Assembly: GCA_047495785.1 (NCBI GenBank)
Contig: JBLDXI010000015.1
Span: forward strand, 2,480,001 to 2,544,000
Source: Lepidodermella squamata
Taxonomy: Eukaryota > Animalia > Gastrotricha
DNA: 64,000 nt
Direction: 5' to 3'
The notes beneath the pieces are model-generated. The model saw only the letters and a list, made by a program, of their open reading frames with translations. It was not told the DNA's origin and searched no databases. This document shows positions 48,904-61,081 of the stretch, piece by piece. How positions within the stretch are numbered: the first letter of the stretch is position 1; each line of letters opens with the position of its first letter. Made by a program: the position numbers and the translations under genes.

Positions 48904-50684
48904 ATGACGAGGTGTTTCAAAATTTTATGGTCTAAAAATGTGTTTATAACACTCCCACTGACAATTGCTCTTGTTTTATCTTTGATTTTCGGCAAAAAAT
49001 TGCTGTTAATTTTGGAAAATGAGTTCTACGCCTGCAATGCTGATTGGCCTGATCTCGAGTTGTTCCTAACTACAGGGCCGCAAGGTGACTTGGAAAATGA
49101 GTTCAACAACTGGTTTCTGCCGTCTCTCGCCCTGTTTTTCCCTCGGAAATTTTTGAAACTAGTCATCGCGACTGATTTGGAGAATCCGAACTCGAAGCCG
49201 TTCATTCAACGAGCTGAGGAAAAAACGAAGCGATTAATACCCGGTCTAGCATCAGTTCGAAGCGTTCTAGTGCCGAAGGTGTTTGAATCTCGCGGCTGGG
49301 ACAAGTCGCAATGGATGAAATTTTGGGCTGATAACTACACGAACGCGACTTTCACGGCATTTGTAGATACGGATTCGGTTTTTGTGACGCGAGTTACTAG
49401 AAACGATTTATTTGTCGGTGACAAACCAATTTTGAGGCCGATGTACGGCAAGCCCAGGGTCGGCTGGTTTGGCTCATGGCACAAAATTCCGGCTAATACG
49501 CTTAAATACACCGGTTTGAAAGGTATATAAAATTACTAGAAATTCACCAAAAATAAAAATTTCCCAATTCAAATTACAAAATAAAAATTCACAATTAGAA
49601 TTTCAAAAATTTGAAAATGAAAATAATTTGAAAATTTGAAGATTGATTAAAAAATTGAAAATTAATTAATTAAACAATTAAATTTAGCCTTCCAGCACGG
49701 GATTTTTCTAAAATCATGATTATCGAGAGCCTGCAAAGCCGATATCGATTTCATGTATCGATTTCACAAATCAGTAATTTTTCCGATATCAGCAACCCAT
49801 AATGGAACCCATAATGAAAGATTTTTCTACCTAGCTGCTATTACCCGGTAGCTGGAACACTAAACCCCGGGGACATCAGTAGTGACTAGACGACATTAAA
49901 ATTATCGGAAAAAGTACCAGAACGGTTAAATCCAGGTACCTCTAACATTTTAGTGCGCCAATAATTTTGACCTGATTTTTTCGTTCAAATTTAACAATCT
50001 TAAACGACTTATTTCAATTGGTTAAACTTTCAATTTATTTCAGAGCCGTTCAACTGCATGAGCTTCTTCCCGCTGATCATCAAAACAGCTCATCTGAAAT
50101 TTATTCGCAAAGTGATTGAAAAACAGGCAAATGGCACACATTTCGACGCTGTGATGGCTCCGCTTGCCAAGCAAAGCTATTACGGCTTCTACTCCGAGTA
50201 CAACATGATGTGCGCTGTTTTATGGTGGCATTTCCGCGATGACTATTATTGGGTGGTTAACGAGGTCGAGGCGGGTTGGAATGACACAGCCCCGCCTGGT
50301 CAAGTTGCGAATTTGAAAGAGGCCGAAATTAGCCGAGACATGATCTCTCGAACGCGGCCACATTTGACAGTCCATTTCAGCTATTACCCCTACTATTTAA
50401 CGCCTGAAACAATTCGAGCTGTCCTGAAACGAGGCGTTTGTTATTCATTGACAGAAAGCCAGCCGCATCCGGTGGAATGTGTGCAGTATAACCGGTGGAA
50501 TCGCGTCAATGAGGATGAATTTATTTTCGAACACGACAATTTTTGCAACCGAACCGGCGCTTTTCAAGCTCATTTAGCGAGAATTCATCGCAATGAACAC
50601 TGCCCCCATGATTGGATTGATGAAAGAATCGGTGACCTGTTCAAAATACCTGGTTATGATAGTAAAATTATAAGCAAACAGTAA
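48904..50684 (+). CDS. Type II membrane DXD-motif protein, putative GT-A glycosyltransferase (DUF6492-like), copy 1
   Basis: N-terminal TM helix; GWDKSQWMKFWADNY...FVDTDSVF. Intron 49523-50043 joins LK|EPFNCMSFFP; YSEYNMM motif in exon 2. Confidence 0.65.
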
Positions 50685-50805
50685 CAAAATAAAAAACGCC
50701 AGAAGCATCACAAGTTCATTTCATTTGAAGTAGGTACTAAAAGGCCTTCATCTCAGCTTCACAGTACAGAATCATAAATGACTTGCGACAAAAGTAATAA
50801 AAAAA

Positions 50806-52669
50806 TTATCCAGTAATTAAGGTCAAATCAGTTAGATCTTTATCTAGAGTCCAGTTCAACCTCGCCACCATAATTGGGTTCCAAGCATGTGGACATTTCT
50901 CATTTAAACGCAAGCGTTCAATGTGCGAAGGCAACGCTAATGGCCGTTTTGATAAATCATCGTATTCAAACAAAAATTCATATCTATTCACCTCGTTCCA
51001 TCTCGAGTAATTCGCGCAGAATTGTGGCTTTAGTTCGAGCTCAGTCAACCCGTAGCAATAGCCTTTCCTCAGAGCATGGACTATAATTCCAAGTGGTACT
51101 TTGCCGGGTACAAAATAGGACCAATGTATCGATAAATGAGGTCTTAGTCTTGATATTGTTTCGTTGCTGATTCCAGCTTCTGATAAATTTGCCACCTGAC
51201 CGTAAGGCGCTGGGCCCGGCCAATTCGGCTCAACCTCGTTGACAATCCAGTAGTAGTCATCGCGAAAGTGCCACCAAAGTACGGTACACATCATGTTGTA
51301 CTCGGAATAGTAGCCGGGTAGGCCGAATTCAGCATAAGCTTCGTCGAAGGTTGTTTTATTCCGCTTCACTCGGATGATTTCGCGGAAAAATTTCAGGTGG
51401 GCAACTTTTACAATGACTGGGAAGAAGCACATGCAATTGAAGACTTCTGAGATGAAATAAATTGTATAAGAAATTTGTGTTGTACTAATTTGAGTTACAA
51501 CTTTGCAGCAGCCTGTGCGATAAAACGGTTAAATTTCGATATTTTATAGGCTATTTTTTGGAGTTCCTGGAGGCTTTTCATTTCGAATGATTTCGGGACA
51601 AACCTGAAAGCTTTATTTTTTTTATTTTTATTTTTTATTTTTCAAATTAGGATGACTAGAACCTAGAACTAACTTTCTCCATCCGGAAAGAAACATTGTT
51701 AAACGGCTGAATTTTCCCTAAGCTTTGATGGGTTCGAACTTGCCATCGATAGATTCCCTCTATATTTCTAGAGCCTTGTCAATTAGTTGGAAAAATTACA
51801 CGACCTTGCTCGAACTTTGCAAATCGGTTTATCAGACTCAGAAATAAAAAATTATAAAAATAAGAATTGAAAATCCGAGCTTTGAAATTACGACGTCTGC
51901 GGAGAATCGAACTCGAGGCGCCCGCTCCGGTACAATCCGAAGTCAAATTTTTATGGTAACTTGAACCCTTTAACTAGTTATATTATTCTCCAAATCCAAG
52001 TTATGCGTCAATACCTTTGAGTCCTGTATAAGCGTAAGTGTTGCCTGGGACTCGGTACCAATTACCCTGCCAGCCTTCTCTCGGCCGTCCATACAACGGC
52101 CTCAGTACAGGTTTGCCATCGATGAAAAGATCCCGGCCTGTAATCCTAGTCACAAACGCCGTATCAGTATCGACAAATCCAACATAAGTCGTATTAGTCC
52201 AGTTATCAGCCCACATTTTCAGCCACTGTGACTTGTCCCAACCCGGGCAAGGAAACACGCGTTGAGTTAGGACTGTCCTAACTTGGATTCCATCGAAAGA
52301 AGCCCGGGCTCGCTTTTCAACCCGATCAGCAAATTGCCGGACGTTTGGATCTTCAATATCGGTGACAATTGATACTTTAAGTTCCTGATTTGTAGGCCAG
52401 AACATTGCCAAAGTTGGAATGAACCAGGTTGATGTCTCAATTTCGCCGACTTCATTCGAAGGCGTTGTCAGCATTAACTCCATATCTGGCCACTTTTCAT
52501 TGCAAAAATCATTATTGAAGTTTGGATTGAAGTTTGCGACGATGAAATTAATGAGGTACGGCGAATGGTTATTGCCCCATATTATAAGGTTAAGCATGGC
52601 GAACAGAAAAATTGAGCTGAAAACTGCAAAGTATGGCTTTTGTCGTTTGAAAAAATCACGCGGGTGCAT
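50806..52669 (-). CDS. Putative GT-A glycosyltransferase (DUF6492-like), copy 2
   Basis: Same motifs (GWDKSQWLKMWAD, FVDTD, YSEYNMM) and same intron position (52014-51447). Confidence 0.65.
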
Positions 52670-53099
52670 CTTGTGAAAATAGTTTCAATCAATGATTTCA
52701 CGCTGCTTCGGGTGCTTTTACGATTTCTATTGAGAATAATAAATCATTTTTCCAATAAAGCTAACCAGTGTATGTTTGCTTAATAAACCGTAGCACCTTC
52801 AAATGTTGTCGCGTTATTGATTTTCACTTTATTGAATATATAAATATGGCTTAGTTCAACTTTGATAGTTCTAGGAAAAAATGTAGCTTCGAGCTTGTCA
52901 AAATAAACATCGGTCATTATTGGAAATTATTGACCTTAAAATCGTGCATTTTTTGAATTTTTCATTTGGGAATTCCCCTAGAATATTGGAAACGTGAACT
53001 CGGGAAACGTCAACTTTTGTTATTGATAATAAGAAAAATAATTTTTACTTCAAAACCAAGGTTTCGCGGACAGAAAGGGCCAGCAGACCACTTACGTAG

Positions 53100-53380
53100 C
53101 TTCGAGCACTTCGAGCTTCGAGCTTCGAGAATGCGAGAACGCGTCACTGCTGAAACTGGGCTCGGTATACCCGAAATTTGCAAGTCCGTGTTGAGTGCAA
53201 CTTTGGATGCATGGGGTTCTTTTCTTGGGCGATGCAGCCTATCAGCTCTCTAAACTCAAAAAAAGAAACCCGTGGTTGACGCCACGGGCTTGATGAGGAA
53301 GAAGGCGTTGATCTTGGCGCTATCATCGAAGGCGGTGATAGTGACCATGGAAACGATGTTAATATTGAAGAGTATTGAAG
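53100..53380 (+). pseudogene. Possible relic of a PIF/Harbinger DDE transposase
   Basis: Frameshifted fragments 'SRMRERVTAETGLGIPE' and 'VLFLGDAAYQLSK' resemble the Harbinger LGDxAYPL motif. Confidence 0.35.
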
Positions 53381-54265
53381 ATGCAATCGCGTCAATAAAG
53401 CGTGTTACGAAATGGTCACTACTCCGTTTTGAATTGGTACGAAATGATCACGAATTTCATAAATATTACCGTATTTCTCGAAAATATCCCCCACCCCGAA
53501 TACAACCCTACAAAAGTTACCGTTTGATCATTAATATACCGCACCTCGAAATTCTACCCCATATTATTTAAAAAAATCAGAGCGCAGTATCAATTTACTA
53601 TAAAAACGAAATAAGCAACCTATCATCCGGTTGCTTAGCTAGGGCTGGACCTAAGATTATCAGTGATAACTCAATAGAGGGATGAAGAACGAAGTTGGGA
53701 GAGGATCATTTCGAAATTTACAGTCAATTCTTTTCGAAATACGCATTCAAACTAATTTCATGGATGATCGTATCGTGTTCTGATCGTATAGAACTAAACC
53801 TAACTGATAAAACATGAATAAAAGCGTAAGTTATCCTTCTTTTTCTCGCTTCACTCCAATAAAACGAAAACGCGTTGTTAGCAGTATTTACCTTAGTCCT
53901 GTAAATTCGTTAGTGGATCATAAATATACCGCACCTCGAAATTACAACCCTATAAAATTGTTGGTTCAATCACAAATATACCCCGGTGTATATTTTCGAG
54001 AATTACGATATGCAGTTTTTCCCTTAGAATCACGTGGTGCAGTCCAAATCTCTATAGGACTAAGTGCTAGCGAGCTTTCGTTATGTCAAATCATACATTT
54101 CACTGATTTTTCGCATATAAAAAAACCTGTTGTTTTCAACAACAAAAACCGGTCGGTATTATATTTGGTATTTGGACCATCAAGCCCCGTGATCGTAGGT
54201 TCATTTTCCAGAATAAATGGCATACTCTTCCTGTGAAAGCATGCCTTTTATTGACAATTTTCATT

Positions 54266-55615
54266 TTATTTACCTTTTCTATTTCCAGAAAGCATAAGAA
54301 TCGATATGGTCGTACTAGTTGATAGCATAACAGCAAGAAAAACCGTAAAAAACACCATGTCGTAAAACCTGACCCGAGTGACATCCAATGTGATGCATTT
54401 AAACATCTTGATCCTGATTAGCTCATTCGCAGCTTTGCTCTGGGCGTACGCACATGATAAGAGTGAATAAACAGTCGAACCCAGTCCAAGAGTTAACTGA
54501 ATCGTAATGACTAATAACAGAAGAACAGTCTCCGATGTCTCCGGAATGCTTGAGTGAATCAACTGTTGCATTAACATGAACGCCATTAAGATCGTAGCGC
54601 AGTAAATTGGCCGATTGGACTCTCCACTTGGCATGCCAACAAAGGCGGCTTGCAGAACTCCAAGAGCGAAGCATGGAAGTATGATTCCAGTCACGTACGT
54701 ATCCGTCTTCCGCTTCAGGCCGAAAGTGAAAATTGTCCTGCAGTACGTTTTGTTCGGGAGGGAGAAATATGTCATAGACCGTATGCGGGACCAATTTCCG
54801 TTGAGAAGCCATCGCGATGAATCCGAAATTAGTTCTTCAGGGTAAATGTAAATGTCATTCCGATAAGAATCTACCAATCGCTGAAAAAATATCGATTTTT
54901 CAATCAGATTAAGGTGGAATTTTTTATTTACCTGATCAAGAAGAAATTCAAACATTATGTGGCACTTTTGTTCATCGAACGGAAAATGGCGCAGATTCAG
55001 GTCACCTGATTTGAGAGAGAAATGAATCCCTTTGGAAGCAATGAGTCAAATTTTCCTTACAATGAGTTTCGTACTTGATGACAGTTGTCCACTTAACTTT
55101 GCCATCCGGTAACAGATAAACATAACTGTAATCTGCCATGCTGTTAGCAAGGTAGGAATTTCAATTAAAAGAGGGCGATTTTTTTAAACGGCATACTCCT
55201 CGCTTAGCATGATGTAACTTCCAGCCGAATTGACTATCATTACCGGGGCTCGCCAAACATTTCTAGCAGGTTCTGAAACCTGATCAACCACAGCGAAAGT
55301 TGGATTGCTTCCCCAGACCTTTTGAATGCAATCGATCGTCCAGTACATGCTCATTCGTGCAATTAGAGATAGCTTCTCCTTCATCTCGTCCAGTTCAATA
55401 AATCTCAAGGGCGTGAATGTGAGTTGAACAAGAACTTTTTCTTGGTAGTCTCTCACAGGTCTCGTTGTTGAGGAGAGGTGGCATTGGCCGAATAACTGTT
55501 CCCGAACTAACGCTTCCTGCGAAAAGGTCGTCAAAAATATACCTGGGGATGTTTGAGATTTGATTAAAGGGACTGTAAGAATCAGGTGAAAATATAAAAT
55601 ACGATCCATATGCAT
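54266..55615 (-). CDS. Divergent Cys-loop channel subunit, copy 2 (duplicate of 40789-42123)
   Basis: Same four-exon structure, Cys-loop CDLNLRHFPFDEQKC, and a near-identical TM exon. Confidence 0.8.
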
Positions 55616-56752
55616 GTACCAATTCTGAGAAAATTAGGGCGGTGTCGTTTTCTTCGTTCTATTTGCTTGAAAAAGTCTGTATTTGCTCACTTTTCAAGTT
55701 TGCCAAAGGGAAATATTTGATAAACTTGGAATGCATCTAATTAATCTGTTGTCAAAGATGTTTCGTTCGGGAATCGATAAACAATGGTGTTTGAATTTTA
55801 CTCGAATTTTGCTACAAGTTCATTCGCAAGTTAAAAATTCGAAGAGAAAGTGGCTAGTGTTTATATTTGTATTTCGCCTGTTGCGGCATTAGCTGAAATC
55901 CTGCAAATGGACGTGTTAAACTGCCGTTTTCCATCGGTTTTCTTCGCCAGCTCCCTATAATGGCACCGATTAACATAGGATAGAAAATCTTTACTCTAGC
56001 GCGCCTTAGTCTTAGTTTCAAAAATCCTTCAAAAATTAGGTTGTGACGATCGGTCGCCATCCAAATCATTACCGAAAATGATCATATCTGTTCTCTTGTT
56101 ATCGAGTCCGAGTTCTGATTGCGAAGCCACTTCCATTCAAGCGTTCAATGTCCGTGGGATCCCAACGTCGAGGCTTGGAAGAATGCAAGGAGGCTAAATC
56201 AATCTCTATTGATCTCGAAATACGGGCGATGGTAAATAGCCTCAAAATTCGTAAAGACAGCTTAACTCCTTTGCTTAACCATTTGTTGAGCCTCGGTGGG
56301 ATCAGTAGAAGAAAGCAAAAGACAAAAGCATCGCTCACGATAACATGGATTCAATTTATGCGGCGAGCTTGGCCTCTCCTTGTTATCGCACGGTAGAACT
56401 ACGGTACAATCCCCTCAGTCCAGATCCCCTGCCAAATCCTCACGCTTACGAATTTCCATGACTGAAAAATATCAGCATGTTACGGAAGGCGGCCCAGTCG
56501 AATTACGTTGAAGCCCGACCAAAATCGCATGTTGAATTTACACAGCTCAATGTTGCGTTGACGTAGGTGTTCAAAGTTGTACCGGATTACGGATTACGGT
56601 AACTGTTTAACAGTGTTTCAAGCACATCTTCAATAAGATCAAAACGCCGGAAACCTAAAAATATTTACATTTACTGTTAAAGACTTCATCAGCTTTGCAA
56701 TTCAGAATAATGAATGAGTAATGAGGTCATTTTTGTGCGAAGTAATAAAATC

Positions 56753-58251
56753 TCATCCAGTAATTAAGGTTAAATCTGCTAGGTCTTTATCTCGAGTCCA
56801 GTTCAACCTCGCCACCATAATTGGGTTCCAAGCATGTGGACATTTCTCATTTAAACGCAAGCGTTCAATGTGCGAAGGCAACGCAAATGGCCGCTTCGAT
56901 AGATCATCGAATTCAAACAAAAATTCATAGCTATTCACCTCGCTCCACCTCGAGTAGTTCGCGCAGAATTCGGGCCTTAGTTCGGAATCAGTCAACCCGT
57001 AGCAGCAGCCTTTTCTCAGAGCGTGGACTAAAATTCCATTTGGTACTTGGCCGGGTACAAAATATGTCCAGTGTATCGATAAATGAGGTCGTAGTCTCGA
57101 TATCGTTTCATTGCTGATTCCAGCTTCTGATAAATTTGCCACCTGGCCGTAAGGCGCTGGGCCCGGCCAATTGAGCTCGACCTCGTTGACAATCCAGTAG
57201 TAGTCATCGCGAAAGTGCCACCAAAGTACGGTAAACATCATGTTGTACTCGGAGTAGAGGCCGTTCCGGCTGAATGCAGCGAATGCTTCGTCGAAAGTTT
57301 TTGTATTTCGCTTCACTCGGATGATTTCGCGGACGAATTTTAAGTGTGCAACCTTGACGATGACAGGGAAGAAGCACATGCAATTGAAGACTTCTGAAAT
57401 GAAATACGTTATGAATTATACCTATAAGTAATATAAGTTGTACTAATTTGAGTTCCCAAGTTAAAAAACGTTAGAGAACGTTGGCATCTGTGGAGAATCG
57501 AACCCGCCGAAGTCAAATTATTTTTGGAAACTATGAACCTTAAACCTATAAATAATATATTATTCTCCGAATCTAAGTCATATCTGATATCAATACCTTT
57601 GAGTCCTGTATAAGCGTAAGTGTTGCCTGGGACTCGGTGCCAATTACCCTGCCAGCCTTCTCTCGGTCGTCCATACAACGGCCTCAGTACAGGTTTGCCA
57701 TCGATGAAAAGATCCCGGCCTGTAATCCTAGTAACAAACGCCGTATCTGTATCGACAAATCCAACATAAGTCGTATTGGTCCAGCTATCAGCCCACATTT
57801 TCAACCATTGGGACTTGTCCCAACCCGAGCAAGGAAACACGCGTTGAGTTAGGACTGTCCTAACTTGGATTCCATCGAAAGAAGCCCTGGCTCGTTTTTC
57901 AACCCGATCAGCGAATTGGCGGACATTAGGATCTTCGATATCGGTGACAATTGATACTTTTAGTTCCTGATTTGTAGGCCAGAACATGGCTAGAGTTGGA
58001 ATAAACTAGGTTGACGTCTCAATTTCGCCAACTTCATTCGAAGGCGTAGTCAACATCAACTCCATATCTGGCCACTTTTCATTGCAAGAATCATCATTGC
58101 CATGAGGAGTTGAGTTAGCGACAATGAAATCAATGAGGTACGGCGAATGGTTATTGCCCCATATTATAAGATTAAGCATGGCGAACAGAAAAATTGAGCT
58201 GAAAACTGCAAAGTATGGCTTTTGTCGTTTGAAAAAATCACGTAGGTGCAT
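56753..58251 (-). pseudogene. DUF6492-like putative glycosyltransferase copy 3 with an in-frame nonsense codon
   Basis: Close paralogue of 50806-52669. The Trp codon in ETSTWFIP is TAG at 58008-58006; the remainder of the frame is open. Confidence 0.7.
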
Positions 58252-58812
58252 CTTTTGTTAATTTAATATTGTTTGCTATCGCAATGATTTTACGCTCTGA
58301 GTTACATAAGGCGATTTTTACTGGGATGAATAATAAATAATCGTTTTTTCCAATATCCAACGCATGATTATGTTCATTAAACAGCAGCACCTCCAAAAAT
58401 TGTCGTGGTATTGATTTTCATTTTATTGAAGATACATTCAAACTCGATAGTTTCTCTATATCTGGCTGTTTAGCTTGGAGCCCATGAAACATTATAAACA
58501 ATTTGTCATTGGAGATTGTCTTACTTTGGGACATTTTGAGTGAAGTGACCTAATAATAATCAAGCAATTATGGCGAAGCAGGGAGAATAATCTCCATACA
58601 TTTTCTGGACGGCAAGGTGATGCCAGCCGCCGCCAGCCAGCCGCAATAATTATAGGGGGCTTCATAAACTTCCAGGTTTAACATAAAAAAAGCTTAATTA
58701 CTGACATCCCGTCAAAAACAAGAAACCCACCTTGATATGAATTTTGAAAATAATTAATCAATTATTTTTTAATTTTCCAACATAGCAAAAATAGCATTAG
58801 GCATGGTAAAGT

Positions 58813-59847
58813 TTATTCATTCTTGCAAATTGACATACAAGTCTGATGGCAGTAGGCGAAATCACAGAATCCTTTCACATCTTTCCGCTTGTCAAAGAAC
58901 AATGCGACTGTTAAGTACCTCAACGGAGCATCGCCCCACCGTCGCTCGTAGATATTCATCGATTTGACAACTTGCCTCGTAAATTCCGCAACGCCAGCGT
59001 GATCGCGAAATGACGGCACGTGCACAATTTCAAAATTGTTGTAGTACATTGGCAGGAAGTAAACATCTCGCATTTTGTCACCAACCGGTGGGAACATCGG
59101 CAGTTGATTTTTGTAAATTTTCCCCTGATATCCATTAACGAAATTCTCGATAAAATCAATCAGTCCTATTGTGAAGTTGCAATTATCGGCAGCTTCGAGT
59201 CGAAATGCGTATTTAAAATCGCTGTCGGACATGACCTTGAAAAAGTCGTAGTTAATAGATGATTTTATGTAAGATTCCGAGTCTAGGCGAAGGTAATACC
59301 GCACGTTCCGCATGACTGGCTCGTGGAAGATTTGCGAGAACCAAAAGCTGATCATATTTTGATAGCCTGGGAATCGCTCTTGAGCCGTGAAATTTTTCAA
59401 TCGACCCGAGTCGAGTTTTTGTTGAAATTCAGCTGGAACTCGGAGAGTTATTTGGCAAAACTCTAGAAGGCTATAATCATTGATTTCCAGTTCATTGCGA
59501 TGGGATAATAATTTCACAGCGTGCCAAGGTTTAACGGAATTTTCGTGAAAAATCAGCACCGAATTCCTATATCGGCGATTGAAATTTTTGAATACCAGTC
59601 CAATCGATTCGGCAAGGTCCTCTAAATCGTTTTCCGAGGTAAGGTAGACGATAATATCTCGTAACTGGCCGGTTTTTCCTGATGAGCCGTCGTGAACTTT
59701 GATAAGGAATGAGCAGATCGTCACAACTTTGAGCCATGGAATTACGACGAATATTAGAAGAACAATTCCAAAGGGTAGGATTAAAAGAACTTTTCGTTGA
59801 CGATACAACCATTTGCGCATAAAAAATGTGAAGAAATTGAATGGCAT
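58813..59847 (-). CDS. GT15 mannosyltransferase-like protein, copy 3 (more diverged)
   Basis: TM helix; GYQNMISFW, YYLRLDSES, YYNNFEI and YERRWGDAP; single-exon CDS. Confidence 0.85.
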   Translation of the reverse strand: MPFNFFTFFMRKWLYRQRKVLLILPFGIVLLIFVVIPWLKVVTICSFLIKVHDGSSGKTGQLRDIIVYLTSENDLEDLAESIGLVFKNFNRRYRNSVLIFHENSVKPWHAVKLLSHRNELEINDYSLLEFCQITLRVPAEFQQKLDSGRLKNFTAQERFPGYQNMISFWFSQIFHEPVMRNVRYYLRLDSESYIKSSINYDFFKVMSDSDFKYAFRLEAADNCNFTIGLIDFIENFVNGYQGKIYKNQLPMFPPVGDKMRDVYFLPMYYNNFEIVHVPSFRDHAGVAEFTRQVVKSMNIYERRWGDAPLRYLTVALFFDKRKDVKGFCDFAYCHQTCMSICKNE

Positions 59848-60257
59848 CCTCTTAATAAGGAAATGCTGCTGCTCATGGCATTATAACTTGAATACCTAGT
59901 CTCAGGTTGGTAGTAACAGTCAACTATGATGTATTTAACGTGTATTTTCGCTTCATCAATAGCACGGCACTGCATACATAGTATAGACATTGTTGCTATT
60001 TCCTTAGCGTTACAACTCAATAATTAGTTTAGTGGGGAAAACGCGTATAATTAAAAGTCTAATAATTTTTTTGATAATAATCATTAAAGATTGGAAAGTA
60101 ACAAAAACATAGCTCTCGTGCTGACCTTGACGGTGAGTAATTGCGGTCAAGGTAAGATCGGTAACATTGAAGATAATTAAATTTCCAGGATTAAATGTTA
60201 GGAACTTGGAATTTTTCGCATACAATACCCTTTCGCTTCAAGGTGATTAAAGAAATA

Positions 60258-60760
60258 CAGTAGAAGCTGTACAATCCGGACACCATCGGTCGCGGAAAAT
60301 TTGTCCGCATTAGCGCGCTGTCCGCATTGGGCGATCCTCTATATTCCGAGGCTCCCCTTGAAACGGCCTCAGCGGACAGGATTAGGCCCCCTTTTACGCG
60401 CAGGTGCTGTTTGTTTTCTAATTAGCGCGCTTTTTAATTAGATTTTAGTAGTTTTTATACATAATTTGCAACTTGAGGCTAAGTAAGCGAAGATTTGAGA
60501 CAATATCCATAACCCACTCGGAGACATGGAGTTGAGGGGTGTCCGCGGTGTCCGCATTAAAGAGCCTAAAATACCCATATGGATAGTGCGACTGTAGCTA
60601 GAAAACTGGCCGTATTACCACGAGTCCGCATTAAGAAGCTGTCCGCCTTAAAGAGCGCGATGTCCGCATGTTATAACATAAACTCTGTCCGTCGCCCTAA
60701 AATCGTCCAGACTAGCCCGCTGTCCGCATTGCTGGGGTTCGGATTATACAGCTTCTACTG
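60258..60760. mobile_element. Tc1/mariner-pogo (Tigger-like) MITE with TA TSD
   Basis: TIR CAGTAGAAGCTGTA(C/T)AATCCG / CGGATTATACAGCTTCTACTG, flanked by TA; internal GTCCGCAT repeats. Confidence 0.85.
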
Positions 60761-61081
60761 TAATTGATTTCCAAAAAAAGCTCAGTGTTACCTATCGTTT
60801 CCGTGACTCCCTAATATGTACCTTCCATTGATCGATTTGTTTAATGATTTTTCAACTGAAGCTAATTATAATACCTTCAAACATGTATTTTCCCATCATC
60901 CTTTCATTTTACCAATGAAATGCTCTCAGCTTGCTTTACGGTGCCTTTATAGATGTTTCGAAAACCTTTCAAATATTTATTCCATCAAAAATTAAAAAAA
61001 ACATAAGGCAATGCAGTTAGGAATCACCGGAGCGAGCGGTATCGTGTCTACCAGATAATTCCATAGATATAATTGAACCTT

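Noticed and set aside
51896-51925. tRNA gene (B-box-like GGAGAATCGAAC, also near 57492)
   Set aside because: Only a T-arm-like fragment inside paralogous introns with no full cloverleaf; at most a SINE remnant.
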